Positions 9,579 through 20,222 are shown, counted from the first letter of the stretch. The stretch: 43,286 bases of DNA from Pseudomonas sp. (GCA_044240245.1 JBIHZW010000001.1:1-43286), one strand, 5' to 3'. Notes: generated from the letters alone by a model not told the origin. Numbers and translations: made by a program.

Positions 9579-9702
9579 AAACCTTAGTTGGGTTGAGGCA
9601 ACCCGGCGCGTAGGCTTTAAGTTGGAGTGCGGCATTGCAACAGTTCTGCCATCAATGACCGCTAATACTGCTCAACTCCAACAACAAAAGAGCGCCTTCC
9701 CT

Positions 9703-10692
9703 ATGAAAACCCTCACCTCCCTGGTCGTTGGTCTAGGCCTGGCTTTTAGTGCCAGCTACGCCAGCGCCTGGTCGCAACCTACGCACAAGAACATCGTCAA
9801 GGACGCCCTGGCCTTCCTCAACTCGGCGCATGCCACGCCGGAGATGAAACGCGCCTACCAGTTCTACGTCGGTGCAGCCGGCAGCGAAGCCCGCGCGGGC
9901 GAAATCCTCGGCCAGGCGGCCTACGACGTCGATGACTTCCAGGACACCCGTCTGGGCGGCTGGTGGGTCGGCTACGAGCACGCTCCGGTGTATGGCGCAG
10001 CGGCCTCCATCGTCAATTACACGTCCTATTGGCACTTTATCAACATGGCCCGCCAGGGCGACGCCCACGGCAACGACCACGGCGGCTACGACTACCGCTA
10101 CCGCAAGGTGGATGGCAGCTGGAGCGGCGACGTTGACTGGTACGCCATGGTTTACCTGTACAACCGCGAGCTGAAGAAGAGCGACTTCGACACCACCGAA
10201 GCGCATTACCGCCAGGGCACTTCCTCCAACTGGCAGACACACTACGGCGACTTCCAGACGGCGGCCTTCCAGCCCATCGATAACCTGGCCAAGTACTGGT
10301 TCGATCAGTTCAAAAACGCGCCGTCCCTGCAAACCATCGGCTACTCGCTGCACACCACCGGCGATGTCGCGCAGCCGCACCATGCCTGGGTTACGTCGGG
10401 CAATGGCCACTCCGGCTGGGAAGGCTGGGTGGACGATCATTACTTCAGCGAAGGCCTGAACAATATGGTAGCCGTGGCCAACCGCGTCGGTAGCTATGAC
10501 GCGCAGAAGCCGATCCGCGATCTGCTGACCCAGACCGCCCAGGTCGCCTACCAGCGCCCCGAGCCGCTGTACGACACCAGCTACGCCACCCGCCTGCGGG
10601 TGGCCAAAGAGCTGATTCCGGAGTCCATCGCCCTTACCGTCAGCGTGCTGACCAAGGGCGCCAACACCTTCTACGGCCAGGGTGGCCTGTAA
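9703..10692 (+). CDS. plcB: Secreted zinc-dependent phospholipase C (PlcB-like)
   Basis: Signal peptide ending ASA, mature N-terminus WSQPTHKNIV (Trp1/His zinc ligands of the PLC/P1 fold), HTTGDVAQPHH and HSGWE. Recognised as close to P. aeruginosa PlcB (PA0026). Confidence 0.9.
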   Translation: MKTLTSLVVGLGLAFSASYASAWSQPTHKNIVKDALAFLNSAHATPEMKRAYQFYVGAAGSEARAGEILGQAAYDVDDFQDTRLGGWWVGYEHAPVYGAAASIVNYTSYWHFINMARQGDAHGNDHGGYDYRYRKVDGSWSGDVDWYAMVYLYNRELKKSDFDTTEAHYRQGTSSNWQTHYGDFQTAAFQPIDNLAKYWFDQFKNAPSLQTIGYSLHTTGDVAQPHHAWVTSGNGHSGWEGWVDDHYFSEGLNNMVAVANRVGSYDAQKPIRDLLTQTAQVAYQRPEPLYDTSYATRLRVAKELIPESIALTVSVLTKGANTFYGQGGL

Positions 10693-10693
10693 G

Positions 10694-11944
10694 GTGCGCG
10701 CGATCATCCAGCGCAGTTTGCTGGTACTGGGGCTGACCGGCATCTGCCTGTCAGCCCTGGGCAGCCAGGACATGCGCATCAACGGTGAACGCCTGCCCGG
10801 CAAAAGCATCGGCCTGCTGGAGCAGGCCATGACCCGGGTCAAATTCAATACCGACCGGCGCCTGCTGCGCACAGGCCTGGCGGAAAACCACCTGCTGGCC
10901 CGCGAAGTGGAAGCCGAGCTGAGCAGCAAATACCGCAGCGATCTGGATGCCCTGGTCGAGCGCGAGGCGGCCAACCTGATCGAGCAGGTCTACGGCCACC
11001 AGTTCGACCACGATGTACGGCCCTTCCTGCGCCAACCACAAGCGCTGAGCAGTGCGCGCCTGCGCCAGGTGCTGACTACGCAAACCCAGGGCGTGTTGCT
11101 CGATAGCCTGCAATTGAGCCCCCAACAACAGGCCGACGCCGCGCAGGTGCAACTGATCAGCTGGCAGTTCCCCGGCCAGTCTGAACAAAGTCTGAACCTG
11201 CTGGAGCTGTATCAAGGCGACAACGTGCAAGGCCGAGTGGAGCTGCAACAGGGCAATCTGCCGTACCTGGCCGAACAGGTGCATCAGCGAGCGCTGCGCG
11301 ACTACCTCTGGTATCAGCTTGAGCAAAAAGGTTTTAGCGCCGACGAACAAGCCGGCATCCGCCAGCTGGTGCGCGACAAACTCGTCCGCCACAAGTACCT
11401 GCATCAGCTTGGCCTGCACAACGACTTCCACCATGAAACCGCCAGCCTGCGTGAGCGCGCCAGCCGGATCAGCGATGCGGATGCCGAGGCTTACTACCAA
11501 CGCAACCTGCAGCTCTACCTGAACGTTGCTCAGGTACAGGCCAGCCATATCCGCCTGGCTGACCAGGCCAGTGCCGACCGGGTGTATGCCGAACTGCAAA
11601 AGGGCCTGAGCTTCGACGACGCCGTGCAGCGCTACTCACTGGCGGAAACCAAGAGCCACACGCCTCCCGGCGACCTCGGCCTGATTCGCCCGCAGGATGC
11701 GCAACTGGATTTTCTGCGCAAGACCGCCCTGCTGCAGAAGGCGAACAGCATTTCCCAGCCGATGCTGATCGACGGCGCGTTCGAGATCGTACAGGTGCGC
11801 AGCCGTGAGGATCGGCAACTGCCGCTGAGCGATCCGAGCGTGCGTTATGAGGTCAACCAGGCCGTCGCCAAGGAGCAGCTGACTAAAGCCTTCCAGGCCC
11901 GCGTCGACGCTCTGCTGGCCAATGCCAAGGTAGAAGGGCTATGA
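10694..11944 (+). CDS. Parvulin/PpiC-type peptidyl-prolyl isomerase-domain protein (PA0027-like)
   Basis: GTG 1 nt after the plcB stop; export signal; rotamase-like segment VQASHIRL...LSFDDAVQRYS...GDLGLI...SQPMLIDGAFEIVQV. Confidence 0.8.
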   Translation: MRAIIQRSLLVLGLTGICLSALGSQDMRINGERLPGKSIGLLEQAMTRVKFNTDRRLLRTGLAENHLLAREVEAELSSKYRSDLDALVEREAANLIEQVYGHQFDHDVRPFLRQPQALSSARLRQVLTTQTQGVLLDSLQLSPQQQADAAQVQLISWQFPGQSEQSLNLLELYQGDNVQGRVELQQGNLPYLAEQVHQRALRDYLWYQLEQKGFSADEQAGIRQLVRDKLVRHKYLHQLGLHNDFHHETASLRERASRISDADAEAYYQRNLQLYLNVAQVQASHIRLADQASADRVYAELQKGLSFDDAVQRYSLAETKSHTPPGDLGLIRPQDAQLDFLRKTALLQKANSISQPMLIDGAFEIVQVRSREDRQLPLSDPSVRYEVNQAVAKEQLTKAFQARVDALLANAKVEGL

Positions 11945-12522
11945 AGGCCTGGCTCGGCATCGGCCTGCTCGGGGTGATCACGGCGGTGACCATCGTAGTT
12001 GTGCGTACGCCTCAGGCCGACACCGCGCCAGCCGTTGCGCCCCAAACGGCAACGCCACCTAGCACACCCATTCACTTGCCAGATATACCCGCCGCGCTGC
12101 CGACACAGCAGCCAGCAGCAATCCCGGCGCCTGCTGAAAAACCTGTGGAAGAATCGCCCAGCGAACCGCAACTGAATGCCCAGGAAGCGCAAATGCTGAT
12201 CCAGCTAATGGCAGACCAAGGCGACCCTCGCAGCCCAGCCCTGGGCCAACTCAAACCCCGCCAACCCGCATCCGCCGCACAGCTGGCCGACCCAGCGCAG
12301 TACAACGCCTTCGAAGAACAACAAACCCGCGACCAGATCATGGCCTACGCCAGCGGCATCCAGCAGATCCCCGCCATCCGCGACCGCATCGAACAAGCCG
12401 CGCAATCCGGCGAACGCAGCCAAACCGAACTCGACGAAGCCCGCGCCGCACTGGAGCAGCTGGAAATGCTGCAGAACAAACTGCAGAGGGAAAGGCCGGA
12501 GTTGTTGCTGGAGGAGGATTAG
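11941..12522 (+). CDS. Membrane-anchored Pro-rich protein (PA0028-like)
   Basis: ATGA overlap with the upstream gene; N-terminal TM helix, Pro/Ala/Thr linker and helical C-domain. Confidence 0.75.
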   Translation: MKAWLGIGLLGVITAVTIVVVRTPQADTAPAVAPQTATPPSTPIHLPDIPAALPTQQPAAIPAPAEKPVEESPSEPQLNAQEAQMLIQLMADQGDPRSPALGQLKPRQPASAAQLADPAQYNAFEEQQTRDQIMAYASGIQQIPAIRDRIEQAAQSGERSQTELDEARAALEQLEMLQNKLQRERPELLLEED

Positions 12523-12634
12523 TTACAGAACACAGACGCTGCGACAACTAGTACGCAACGACGCTACGACCCACACCGCAACCTTGCTAAGACGCATCCG
12601 TATAGCTGGAGGCGCACGCTCACGCAATAACAGG

Positions 12635-13702
12635 TCAGGCGCTTATCTCAGGTGTTTCGGCAGCTTGCTCGGTAAACCTGATTTTGTAGTAGTCCAGCAT
12701 GGTCTGGCCCTGGGCGTAGGCTTTGCGCACCTGGGCACTTTCCTTAAGCAGTGCCTCGCTGGGTTTGGCGTGTTGCTCGCTGGGCACAGGTTGCGACCAG
12801 TCCAGCACCGCCTGCGGGAAGACAGCCTTGGGGCGGCGGTTGACCCATTGGGCGATATGACACGGCAGGGTCCAGCCACTGCAAAACTGGATGACGAGAA
12901 AGCCGAAGGCATAGCGCGGCCACCAGTGCTCCTTGCGATAAACACCCCGGCACATATGAAAGTACGCCACCGTACCTTCCTGAAATTCCTCGTCGGACAG
13001 TACCGGTACCGGCAGCGCCGCAGGCCCCTCTTCCATATACACGCGAATGGCCTCCCACTCGCTGACCACCAGACCCAGGTTGCCGCCGGGGATGGTGACC
13101 CAGTAGACGTCGCCGGTGTCGGCATTGCGTAGACCGAGCATCAGGGCAAAGCTGGGCATCACGGCATACTGGGTGATGATCTGGCTAACCGAGACGCAGG
13201 CAATCACCTCTTCCCAAGGCACATAGACAGGAGTATCGCCACGGTACACCAGGGCTACTTCGCGGCGTTGGCGGTTAAAACGCACAGGGGAACGGGCGCT
13301 GATATTGCGGATAATACGGAACATGTTGTAAGCGGCTAGAGAGGCAATACAGCCAATAAAGCCCCATAAGTACCAATTTGGAAGTACCAACGTTATGAGA
13401 ATTTCGAATATTGGGGCACCACTACGTAAATAATCATCAACCCCCAAGCCAAGGCCGGCGAGCAAGCAAAAAATCACAAGCGACATAACCGAGCCAATAT
13501 AGGCGCGCACTGCAAACTCAACGCTGGCCTGCCCCGCCCCTACATCGAGAAAAACCTCATTGGCCTCCTGGTGTAATTGCTGGCCACTAAAGGCGGGCAT
13601 ACCGGTGGGTACCGGTTTGGGCGACAGGTAGAAGACTTCAGCGCCACCTTCTTGCTCGAAATCCCCGGTGCGGGGCAGGCGATCATATTTATTCTGAGGC
13701 AT
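12635..13702 (-). CDS. Putative T6SS immunity membrane protein (DUF6708-like)
   Basis: Overlaps the effector stop; several hydrophobic segments; motifs PVRFNRQRREV, VPWEEVIAC and EWEAIRVYMEEGP. Start taken as ATG 13702 (MPQNKYD). Confidence 0.7.
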   Translation of the reverse strand: MPQNKYDRLPRTGDFEQEGGAEVFYLSPKPVPTGMPAFSGQQLHQEANEVFLDVGAGQASVEFAVRAYIGSVMSLVIFCLLAGLGLGVDDYLRSGAPIFEILITLVLPNWYLWGFIGCIASLAAYNMFRIIRNISARSPVRFNRQRREVALVYRGDTPVYVPWEEVIACVSVSQIITQYAVMPSFALMLGLRNADTGDVYWVTIPGGNLGLVVSEWEAIRVYMEEGPAALPVPVLSDEEFQEGTVAYFHMCRGVYRKEHWWPRYAFGFLVIQFCSGWTLPCHIAQWVNRRPKAVFPQAVLDWSQPVPSEQHAKPSEALLKESAQVRKAYAQGQTMLDYYKIRFTEQAAETPEISA

Positions 13703-16700
13703 GCAGGTACTCCGGGGTGATATCAAGCCACTGCGGGGCGATGCGGGTCGGGCCAGCAGAGGGCGCACCCTTGATCGGCCCCGATGAGGCAGCAGGGCGC
13801 AGCGGTATTGCATAGTACAGGTGGGCGTCGCCCTGTTTGAGCGGTTTACTGGCCAGCTCCGGTTGCACTGCCAGGCGCAGGCGCAGTTGCGATTGCGGCC
13901 CCGCCCAGTCGGGCGATAGTTCCAGGGCCAGAGTCAGGGGGTTATCACTGAGTTGGCGTAGGGTATTGCGCACAATAGGCCCAACGTCCTGTGCCGGCCA
14001 GCCATGCTGATACTCCCACTCAGCGGTCAGGCGCAACGGATGCTGACGCAAACTGGCCTGGCTGACTCCCGGCAGGCTCAGCACCAGGCAGCGCACTTGT
14101 TCGCCATCTTGCGGGCGCTTGAGCAGGCCTTTATCGGTGATCGTGGGCCGCAGGGTGGCTTCGGCCAGATTCTGGGCATGGGTCGGCCAGTCCCATTCCT
14201 GGTTTTCCAGACCCCAGCAGCAACCCAGCATCCAGCGTTGCTGATCCTCCAGATTGTTGTAGTTGTACAGCGCTTCGCCGCCGAACTGCAGGGCCGTAGC
14301 GGCCAGGCCCCAGGGCGTCAGTCGGGCGGAAAAGCTCAAAAAGCGTACGCCGCGAGTCGCCCAAGCACTGCCCAGCGTCGCAACACGATGACCGGGCGCG
14401 GCACGTGAGGCCTCCATCATCAGGCCGCCGAACTCGGCAAATGCCTTGGCAGTAATTGCCGTATTTACGGCGGAGCTGCCGCTATCGCCAGCAAAAGCCA
14501 TCAGCGCACCGGCCTGCTCGCCGGTGGTGCCGGTGCGCATGGCATCCAGCCATTTGTTCCAGTTGCTCCAGGAGGTACCGGCCGAACTCCACAAAGCCAG
14601 CGGAGAGATAACCACCCCCAGGCCCAGCCCCAGCTTGCCCAGCTTAACGGCGAACTGCATGCCGCCTTTGCCGCCGGAGCTAGCGATGATGGACTTGAAG
14701 GCTTTATCTACCAGGGCGATATGGGCGTTTTGGTAGACCGATAAAGCGGATGCAACAGGCGCAAAGAGTGCGCCCAATATCAGAAATAAATCCTTGAGTG
14801 TTCGATTTCCTTTCGTGCTATGCCACGCATCCAACGCATCCCCCAAATTCCGCAACTGCAGAGTCAGCGCCAACAATGGCAACGCACTACTTTTCAACGC
14901 CGCCGAATGGGCACCCGTCTCCCCATAAGCCCTCATTGGGCCGAGGCGTAGCCGGCGAATTTCTTCGTTGAGAAGGCTTTGCTGGGCCGGGTCAATTTTC
15001 AATTTGACGCCGATAAAACCGACCTGCACCGCACTGGTGGTGATCACACTATCTTGCAGTTGACTGACCAAGGTGGCGCGCTGCTGACGTACGGCGGCCA
15101 GTTGCTGGTTTAGCTGCTGCTTTTGCGACTTGGCAGTTTGCCGCTGGGCCTCGCTGAGGCTGCGGCGCTTGCTGTCGGTCTTGGCATGGTCGCGTAAGGT
15201 ACGCAGCTGATCCTCGCCATGCATCAATTGGGTAAGGGTTGCCAGCCGGGACTTGAACAGTGCAGCGTCCTGCTCAGTGGCCAGTAGTAGATTGGCACCT
15301 TCGATCTTCAGTGCAGCCAGGTTGCTTAAGCGCAAAGCGCGGTTGCTATAGGTGCCGAGCTTATCCAGATGGGCTTTCAGGTCAGGGCTATTGAGTCTGC
15401 TCTGCACGCCTGTCAACCAATCCTGCAGGCGCAAGGCAATGGCCGGCGAATAGGCCGCGTTCACCGCCTGACTGACTGTATGGGCATTGGGGTTTAGGTT
15501 AAGGCTGTTGGTCCAGTGATTGCCCAGTAGGACACCAACTTCCTGCAAGCGCACCTGAGCATCTTCCATGCCGCCTTTCAGGTTGCGGGCATCGTCGAGC
15601 CATTTGGTCAGATCTCCCGACTTGTTCATCAGGAAATCCAAATCCAGGCGGCTGGCAAACGCCGGCAGGATGTAATACGGGTACTTGTGGAAATACTCGC
15701 TGACGGCTTTAAGGCTGTCCTCGGTGCGGCACATATCGCGCACACAGTTTTGCTCGGTGACCAGCGCGGCCATTAGTTGATCAGGCACCTGGGAATCAAA
15801 GTACCAGGCGCTGCGATGGTATTCGGCCTTGGTGAAGAGGCCGACGCGATCCTCGGTGATGCGATCAAGGCGGGCATTCCAGCGCTTGAGATGAGTGCGT
15901 TCTTTATCGAGGTATTGGCGCATTTCCTTATGGCGCACCAGGTCATGGATGCCGCGGGCACCCAGCCCCTTACCCTCGAGTGCCGCATGGGTATGGTCTT
16001 CGATGACTTCGATATCGTCTTCCAGCTCGTCATAGAGGTCATCGCCAAGCGCCGCCTCCATGGTTTTTTTCTTCACCGCTACATCCGCCCTGGCGGCTCG
16101 GGTCTTGTAGTCATACCCCCGGCCAGGATAGTGAGCGGTCGAAGGACTACCGCCCCCCATGCCCTTCAATGCATTGCGTGCATTGATGTAGTCATAGATG
16201 GTCTGCCGCTGGGCCAGTGTGGTTTTTTCGAACAGAGCTTCGCTGGTACCGGTGCCGCGGGCGGTCTTGTCGTTTACCACCATCAGAGTTTCGATGTAGC
16301 TGCCCACTACATACTTGAGATCGTTGCGCCCCTGCTCGACCCAGTTCTCGATCCAGTCGACAACAGTGTCCTGCTCCTGGGCGAGGTCACGCATAACCCC
16401 GATAGTGTCCTTGAACACCAGATAAAGATGGTCGTGTTCATAGGTGGCGAGCAGTTGTTTCTTGACCGCGCCGATGGCAGTTTTGCGGTACAGCGGTGCG
16501 TTTTCCCAGACGTAGTCTTCGCCCTCTTGGGGATTGGCATCAGCCGGCAGTGGTGTACTACCTGGTTGTTCAGCCACCTCGGCAAGCCACTTTTCTGCTT
16601 GCTTAGCAGTGAGCAAGTGGTCGCCGCCATCAGCACAGGTAGCCTTGGATAACTCGACCCGCTGCATAAAATGCTCGCGCTCCTTACGGCTTTTGAGCAT

Positions 16701-17114
16701 CTGCGAGCACTTGAAGGCCGTCCATTGCACTTCGGAGAAGCTGACATGCAGCGTGCTGCCTCGCGCAAAGACCAGGCTATTTTCCGCCGATTTGCCCTGG
16801 CGTTGGTCCTGGGCGGCCTCTTTGCCCTGCCAGACGAACTTGGTCACGTTACCTTGTTCGACGCGGTACTCATGCAGGTAGCCGGTTTCGTTGTCGATCA
16901 CATACAACCAGCCGTCGCGCAGCAAGCGGATGCCCAATGGCCGCGATTTGAGTTTGTAAGGCAAGCTCAACTCCGCCGCCGGGTCGAGCCGCTCAACCAG
17001 GCCATAGCGCAAAGGCAGTAGCTGCACCTTGTTTTTCATCAGCGGGCAGGCACCGACGGGAATCTTGACGTCACTCTTGGCCTTGTCGACGTGGTTTGGG
17101 TTACTGCGGGTCAT
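13689..17114 (-). CDS. T6SS effector with N-terminal MIX/VasX-like domain and hydrophobic C-terminal region (probable pore former)
   Basis: N-terminal [12 protein letters not shown] and [13 protein letters not shown] (MIX hRxGhhYhh motif); central coiled coil; Gly/Ala-rich hydrophobic helices in the last third; directly downstream of vgrG-DUF4123. Confidence 0.8.
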   Translation of the reverse strand: MTRSNPNHVDKAKSDVKIPVGACPLMKNKVQLLPLRYGLVERLDPAAELSLPYKLKSRPLGIRLLRDGWLYVIDNETGYLHEYRVEQGNVTKFVWQGKEAAQDQRQGKSAENSLVFARGSTLHVSFSEVQWTAFKCSQMLKSRKEREHFMQRVELSKATCADGGDHLLTAKQAEKWLAEVAEQPGSTPLPADANPQEGEDYVWENAPLYRKTAIGAVKKQLLATYEHDHLYLVFKDTIGVMRDLAQEQDTVVDWIENWVEQGRNDLKYVVGSYIETLMVVNDKTARGTGTSEALFEKTTLAQRQTIYDYINARNALKGMGGGSPSTAHYPGRGYDYKTRAARADVAVKKKTMEAALGDDLYDELEDDIEVIEDHTHAALEGKGLGARGIHDLVRHKEMRQYLDKERTHLKRWNARLDRITEDRVGLFTKAEYHRSAWYFDSQVPDQLMAALVTEQNCVRDMCRTEDSLKAVSEYFHKYPYYILPAFASRLDLDFLMNKSGDLTKWLDDARNLKGGMEDAQVRLQEVGVLLGNHWTNSLNLNPNAHTVSQAVNAAYSPAIALRLQDWLTGVQSRLNSPDLKAHLDKLGTYSNRALRLSNLAALKIEGANLLLATEQDAALFKSRLATLTQLMHGEDQLRTLRDHAKTDSKRRSLSEAQRQTAKSQKQQLNQQLAAVRQQRATLVSQLQDSVITTSAVQVGFIGVKLKIDPAQQSLLNEEIRRLRLGPMRAYGETGAHSAALKSSALPLLALTLQLRNLGDALDAWHSTKGNRTLKDLFLILGALFAPVASALSVYQNAHIALVDKAFKSIIASSGGKGGMQFAVKLGKLGLGLGVVISPLALWSSAGTSWSNWNKWLDAMRTGTTGEQAGALMAFAGDSGSSAVNTAITAKAFAEFGGLMMEASRAAPGHRVATLGSAWATRGVRFLSFSARLTPWGLAATALQFGGEALYNYNNLEDQQRWMLGCCWGLENQEWDWPTHAQNLAEATLRPTITDKGLLKRPQDGEQVRCLVLSLPGVSQASLRQHPLRLTAEWEYQHGWPAQDVGPIVRNTLRQLSDNPLTLALELSPDWAGPQSQLRLRLAVQPELASKPLKQGDAHLYYAIPLRPAASSGPIKGAPSAGPTRIAPQWLDITPEYLHASE

Positions 17115-18001
17115 GTGGAGATCCTTTCCGCTGACTGGGCGCGGGCGTATGCCATATCCGCAGCCTGTTCAATACGCTGGGTGGGTGTTAGCGACGAGGG
17201 CTGGCCTACCAATGCGGCGATGTCACCGTGAGCGCTCAGCGCGTCGGCCCCTAGTAGGCCGAAGATATTGGCGTAAAGCGTTATGTCGTGTTCGCTGTGG
17301 AAGCCTTGGGCATAGGCCTGTTCCGCCAGCGACCGTAAATGCTGCCACCGTTCAGGCTGGCTCAGTGCATGCTGATAGCCAGGAAAGTAGTCGCGCATAT
17401 GTTCGTCGAGCCGGATGAGGGTGCCGCGAAAAGACACATCGCCGAGCATTTCCAGTTGGGACTCTGACAACTGGTAGGGGCGATCATGGCGGGCACCGTC
17501 TGTCAAGCCGGTGCCTTGATGCTGGTACCAACAGTCCTGAATCCGGTCTGCGGCAACGACATGCTCGATAGGGCCAAATAGGGTTACGTCGTTATCCCGC
17601 GCAGATTGCCCGAGTAACGCATGAACGACTGCCGGGTCAGCCAACCGTAGCAGCATGTCTTCACCCAACGGGTGACGTACGCTGACCAGCCAGCGCAAGT
17701 GATTCAGCAACTCAGCCCGGCTGGCACGTGTGAACAGCAGGTAACCCCACTCGTCATGACTGTTTTCAACAAAGGCGACAAGTGCCGGATCCTGCGGCCC
17801 GGTCAGGCGAACCAGGCAGGGGGAAACATCGCTCAGCTCAGCCCACGGGGTATCCAGGTACAGCACGTCGAAGTCAGGCGACTCAGACCACTGATATAGA
17901 CGTTGCGGCAGTGCCTCGACACTGAGGCCGTCCAATAGTAGGTATGCGGGAGCGTTCCAGGGCAAGACTGAAGGCAGTTGGCGTAGATCGTTAGTCGACA
18001 T
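17111..18001 (-). CDS. DUF4123 T6SS effector chaperone/adaptor
   Basis: Motifs YLLLDG, LYLDTPWAELSDVSPCLV, LLNHLRWL and LLRLADP; lies between vgrG and the effector and overlaps both. Confidence 0.9.
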   Translation of the reverse strand: MSTNDLRQLPSVLPWNAPAYLLLDGLSVEALPQRLYQWSESPDFDVLYLDTPWAELSDVSPCLVRLTGPQDPALVAFVENSHDEWGYLLFTRASRAELLNHLRWLVSVRHPLGEDMLLRLADPAVVHALLGQSARDNDVTLFGPIEHVVAADRIQDCWYQHQGTGLTDGARHDRPYQLSESQLEMLGDVSFRGTLIRLDEHMRDYFPGYQHALSQPERWQHLRSLAEQAYAQGFHSEHDITLYANIFGLLGADALSAHGDIAALVGQPSSLTPTQRIEQAADMAYARAQSAERIST

Positions 18002-20033
18002 CTGCGGGCTCCAGCTTTGCGGCTTCACAGATCACACAGAGTGGCTGCTTACGCATCAGCGCTTGGCGCTGCGCCTGAATCAACAACTCGCCCGCCTTAT
18101 CCGCATCCGCCGGCTTGACCTTACCCGGCAGAATCGGCGCTGCCCCAGAACCACTCCCCGGCGCGCCGCCGGAGTTGAATTTGATAATCGGGCCGACCAT
18201 GGTGATGCCGCTGGCGTCGAGTTTGATAAAGCTGCCGGCAGCTTTGAAAGTCAGTTCGCTGCCGGCTTCGAGCACGACTTTCTGGCCGCTGGACAGGTGG
18301 ATCTCTTGGCCTGCGTTGATAAATTGGCCGGTGCCGATTTTGATGTGCTGGTTGTTGCCGACGGTGAGGTGGTCGTTGGCTTTGATCTCGCTTTTGCGGT
18401 CGGCATGGGTGGTGCGGTGTTCCTCGGCTTTGAATTCGCTGTAGCTGTTGGCTTCGACGGTGTCGTGGCGTTCGTTGCCGATGCGGATTTTCTGGTCGTG
18501 CTCGATGTTTTCATCCCAGTCGCGCTCGGCGTGGATGTAGATCTGTTCGGCGCCCTTTTTGTCTTCGATACGCAGCTCGTTATAGCCGCCACCGCCGGGG
18601 CTGCTGAGGGTCTTGAACAGGCTGCGGGTTTTGTTCGCAGGCAGGGCGTAGGGCACCACGTGTTCGGCGTGGTACAGGCAGCCGGTGACCAGCGGTTGAT
18701 CGGGGTCGCCTTCGAGGAAGGTGACCAGCACCTCCATGCCCACGCGGGGGATGGCGATGCCGCCGTAGCGGTCGCCGGCCCAGCTTGAACTTACGCGCAG
18801 CCAGCAGCTGGTTTTGTCGTCGGCTTGGCCTTCACGGTCCCAAAAGAATTGCACCTTGATCCGGCCGTACTCGTCGCAGTGAATCTCTTCACCCGCAGGC
18901 CCGGTGACCACCGCGCTTTGGCTGCCGAGGATGCGCGGTTTCGGGTGATTGAGCGGCGAGCGATACAGCACGGTCCAGGGCGTAGCGGTAAAGCGGTTGC
19001 GGTAGCCCTGCTGGAAGCCATCACTGGCTTCGGTATGACTAGTCACCGACTCTTCCAGCACCTGCGGCTGCTTACCCTCGTGGTGGATCTCCGTGAGTAG
19101 CCAGAGGTCGTTCCAGCTGGCGCGCGGGTGCTCGGTCAGTGCCAGGAAGTGGCCGCTGACCAGTAGCGGCTGATCGCCGTCGCCTTGCGCCAGTTCGAAG
19201 TCGTGGCGGTGGCGTTCGAGGATGCGCTGGCTAAGGTGTTTGCCGCGCTCGCGGTCGACAAAACGGCCGGGGTAATCGTAATCCTCAAGGTCGGGTTTGA
19301 ACGCGCTCTTGGCGTCCGCTTCCATCAGCAACTTGGGCTTTTCAAAGTCGTAGTCGCGGCGGGTCACCCGGCTCGAACGGGTTTCCACGCGCACGCCGAA
19401 GCGCTTGATTACCGGCTTGTCAGCGACCAGGCCGCTGTCTTGTTGATAGGCCGTTGGCGAGAGTTTTGGGAAGGCCGTTTGGTCGTCGCCGAAGACCAAT
19501 ACATGGCCTTGTTCGCTGTGCTGGAAGTGGTAGTGGATACCCTCTTCCTCGCACAGGCGCTGGACAAAGTGCAGATCGGATTCGTCGTACTGCACGCAGT
19601 ACTCGCGCTCGGGGTAGATCGAGCCGAGTTGGAATTGGTAGGCGTTGGCCTGAATGCCGTGCTCTTGCAGCACTTGGCTGATGATCTTCTCCACCGTCAG
19701 GTGCTGGAAGATGCGTTGGTTGGTGCGGTGTGCCAGGTACGCCAGTTGCGGGCGCAAGGTCACGTGGTAGCGGGTCAGGCGTTTACCGGATTCGCCCTGG
19801 GCGACGCGGTAAATCTGCCCGTGAATGCCGTGGCCGGCCTGATCGAACGCAAGAAAAGCAGCCTGATGCAGCAGGCTTTCCAGATCTAGGTCAGGACGTT
19901 CGCAGACCAGTTCCAGTTCGAACTCGAAGGGCTGACTGATCGCCTCGCGACCGGTGAATTCGAGCACCTGCAGGTCGTGGTTTACACCTTCGATCGTCAG
20001 GCTGAAATGAGTCTGGTTGGCGGGGGCGAACAT
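17991..20033 (-). CDS. vgrG: T6SS spike protein VgrG
   Basis: Motifs FTGREAISQPF, YCVQYDESDLHFVQRLCEEEGIHY, EEIHCDEYGRIKVQF, IPRVGMEVLVTFLEGDPDQP and NELRIED; DUF2345-like tail. GAGG lies upstream of ATG 20033. Confidence 0.97.
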   Translation of the reverse strand: MFAPANQTHFSLTIEGVNHDLQVLEFTGREAISQPFEFELELVCERPDLDLESLLHQAAFLAFDQAGHGIHGQIYRVAQGESGKRLTRYHVTLRPQLAYLAHRTNQRIFQHLTVEKIISQVLQEHGIQANAYQFQLGSIYPEREYCVQYDESDLHFVQRLCEEEGIHYHFQHSEQGHVLVFGDDQTAFPKLSPTAYQQDSGLVADKPVIKRFGVRVETRSSRVTRRDYDFEKPKLLMEADAKSAFKPDLEDYDYPGRFVDRERGKHLSQRILERHRHDFELAQGDGDQPLLVSGHFLALTEHPRASWNDLWLLTEIHHEGKQPQVLEESVTSHTEASDGFQQGYRNRFTATPWTVLYRSPLNHPKPRILGSQSAVVTGPAGEEIHCDEYGRIKVQFFWDREGQADDKTSCWLRVSSSWAGDRYGGIAIPRVGMEVLVTFLEGDPDQPLVTGCLYHAEHVVPYALPANKTRSLFKTLSSPGGGGYNELRIEDKKGAEQIYIHAERDWDENIEHDQKIRIGNERHDTVEANSYSEFKAEEHRTTHADRKSEIKANDHLTVGNNQHIKIGTGQFINAGQEIHLSSGQKVVLEAGSELTFKAAGSFIKLDASGITMVGPIIKFNSGGAPGSGSGAAPILPGKVKPADADKAGELLIQAQRQALMRKQPLCVICEAAKLEPADVD

Positions 20034-20222
20034 TCGTTGTTCCTCTCGTTTCGTTCCATGAATCAAACCACTGCGCATTTCTAACTCAGGCCTGGCCTGG
20101 CAGCCGTGCCTGTTCGCGATTTTGCGCGATGCCTGGCAGCGTTTGGCGACGCAGGTCTCACTAGAAACGCAGCGGCCAGGACAAGCCTGGCCGAAGCGGT
20201 ATTACGCGAACTCAGCCAATGC

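Noticed and set aside
9733-10974. 413-aa minus-strand ORF over plcB
   Set aside because: Antisense shadow typical of high-GC codon bias; plcB on the other strand is clearly real.
12523-12634. Short direct repeat GACGCT(G/A)CGAC as a possible att site of the T6SS module
   Set aside because: Only two adjacent imperfect copies; I found no matching copy at the other end of the module and no integrase.
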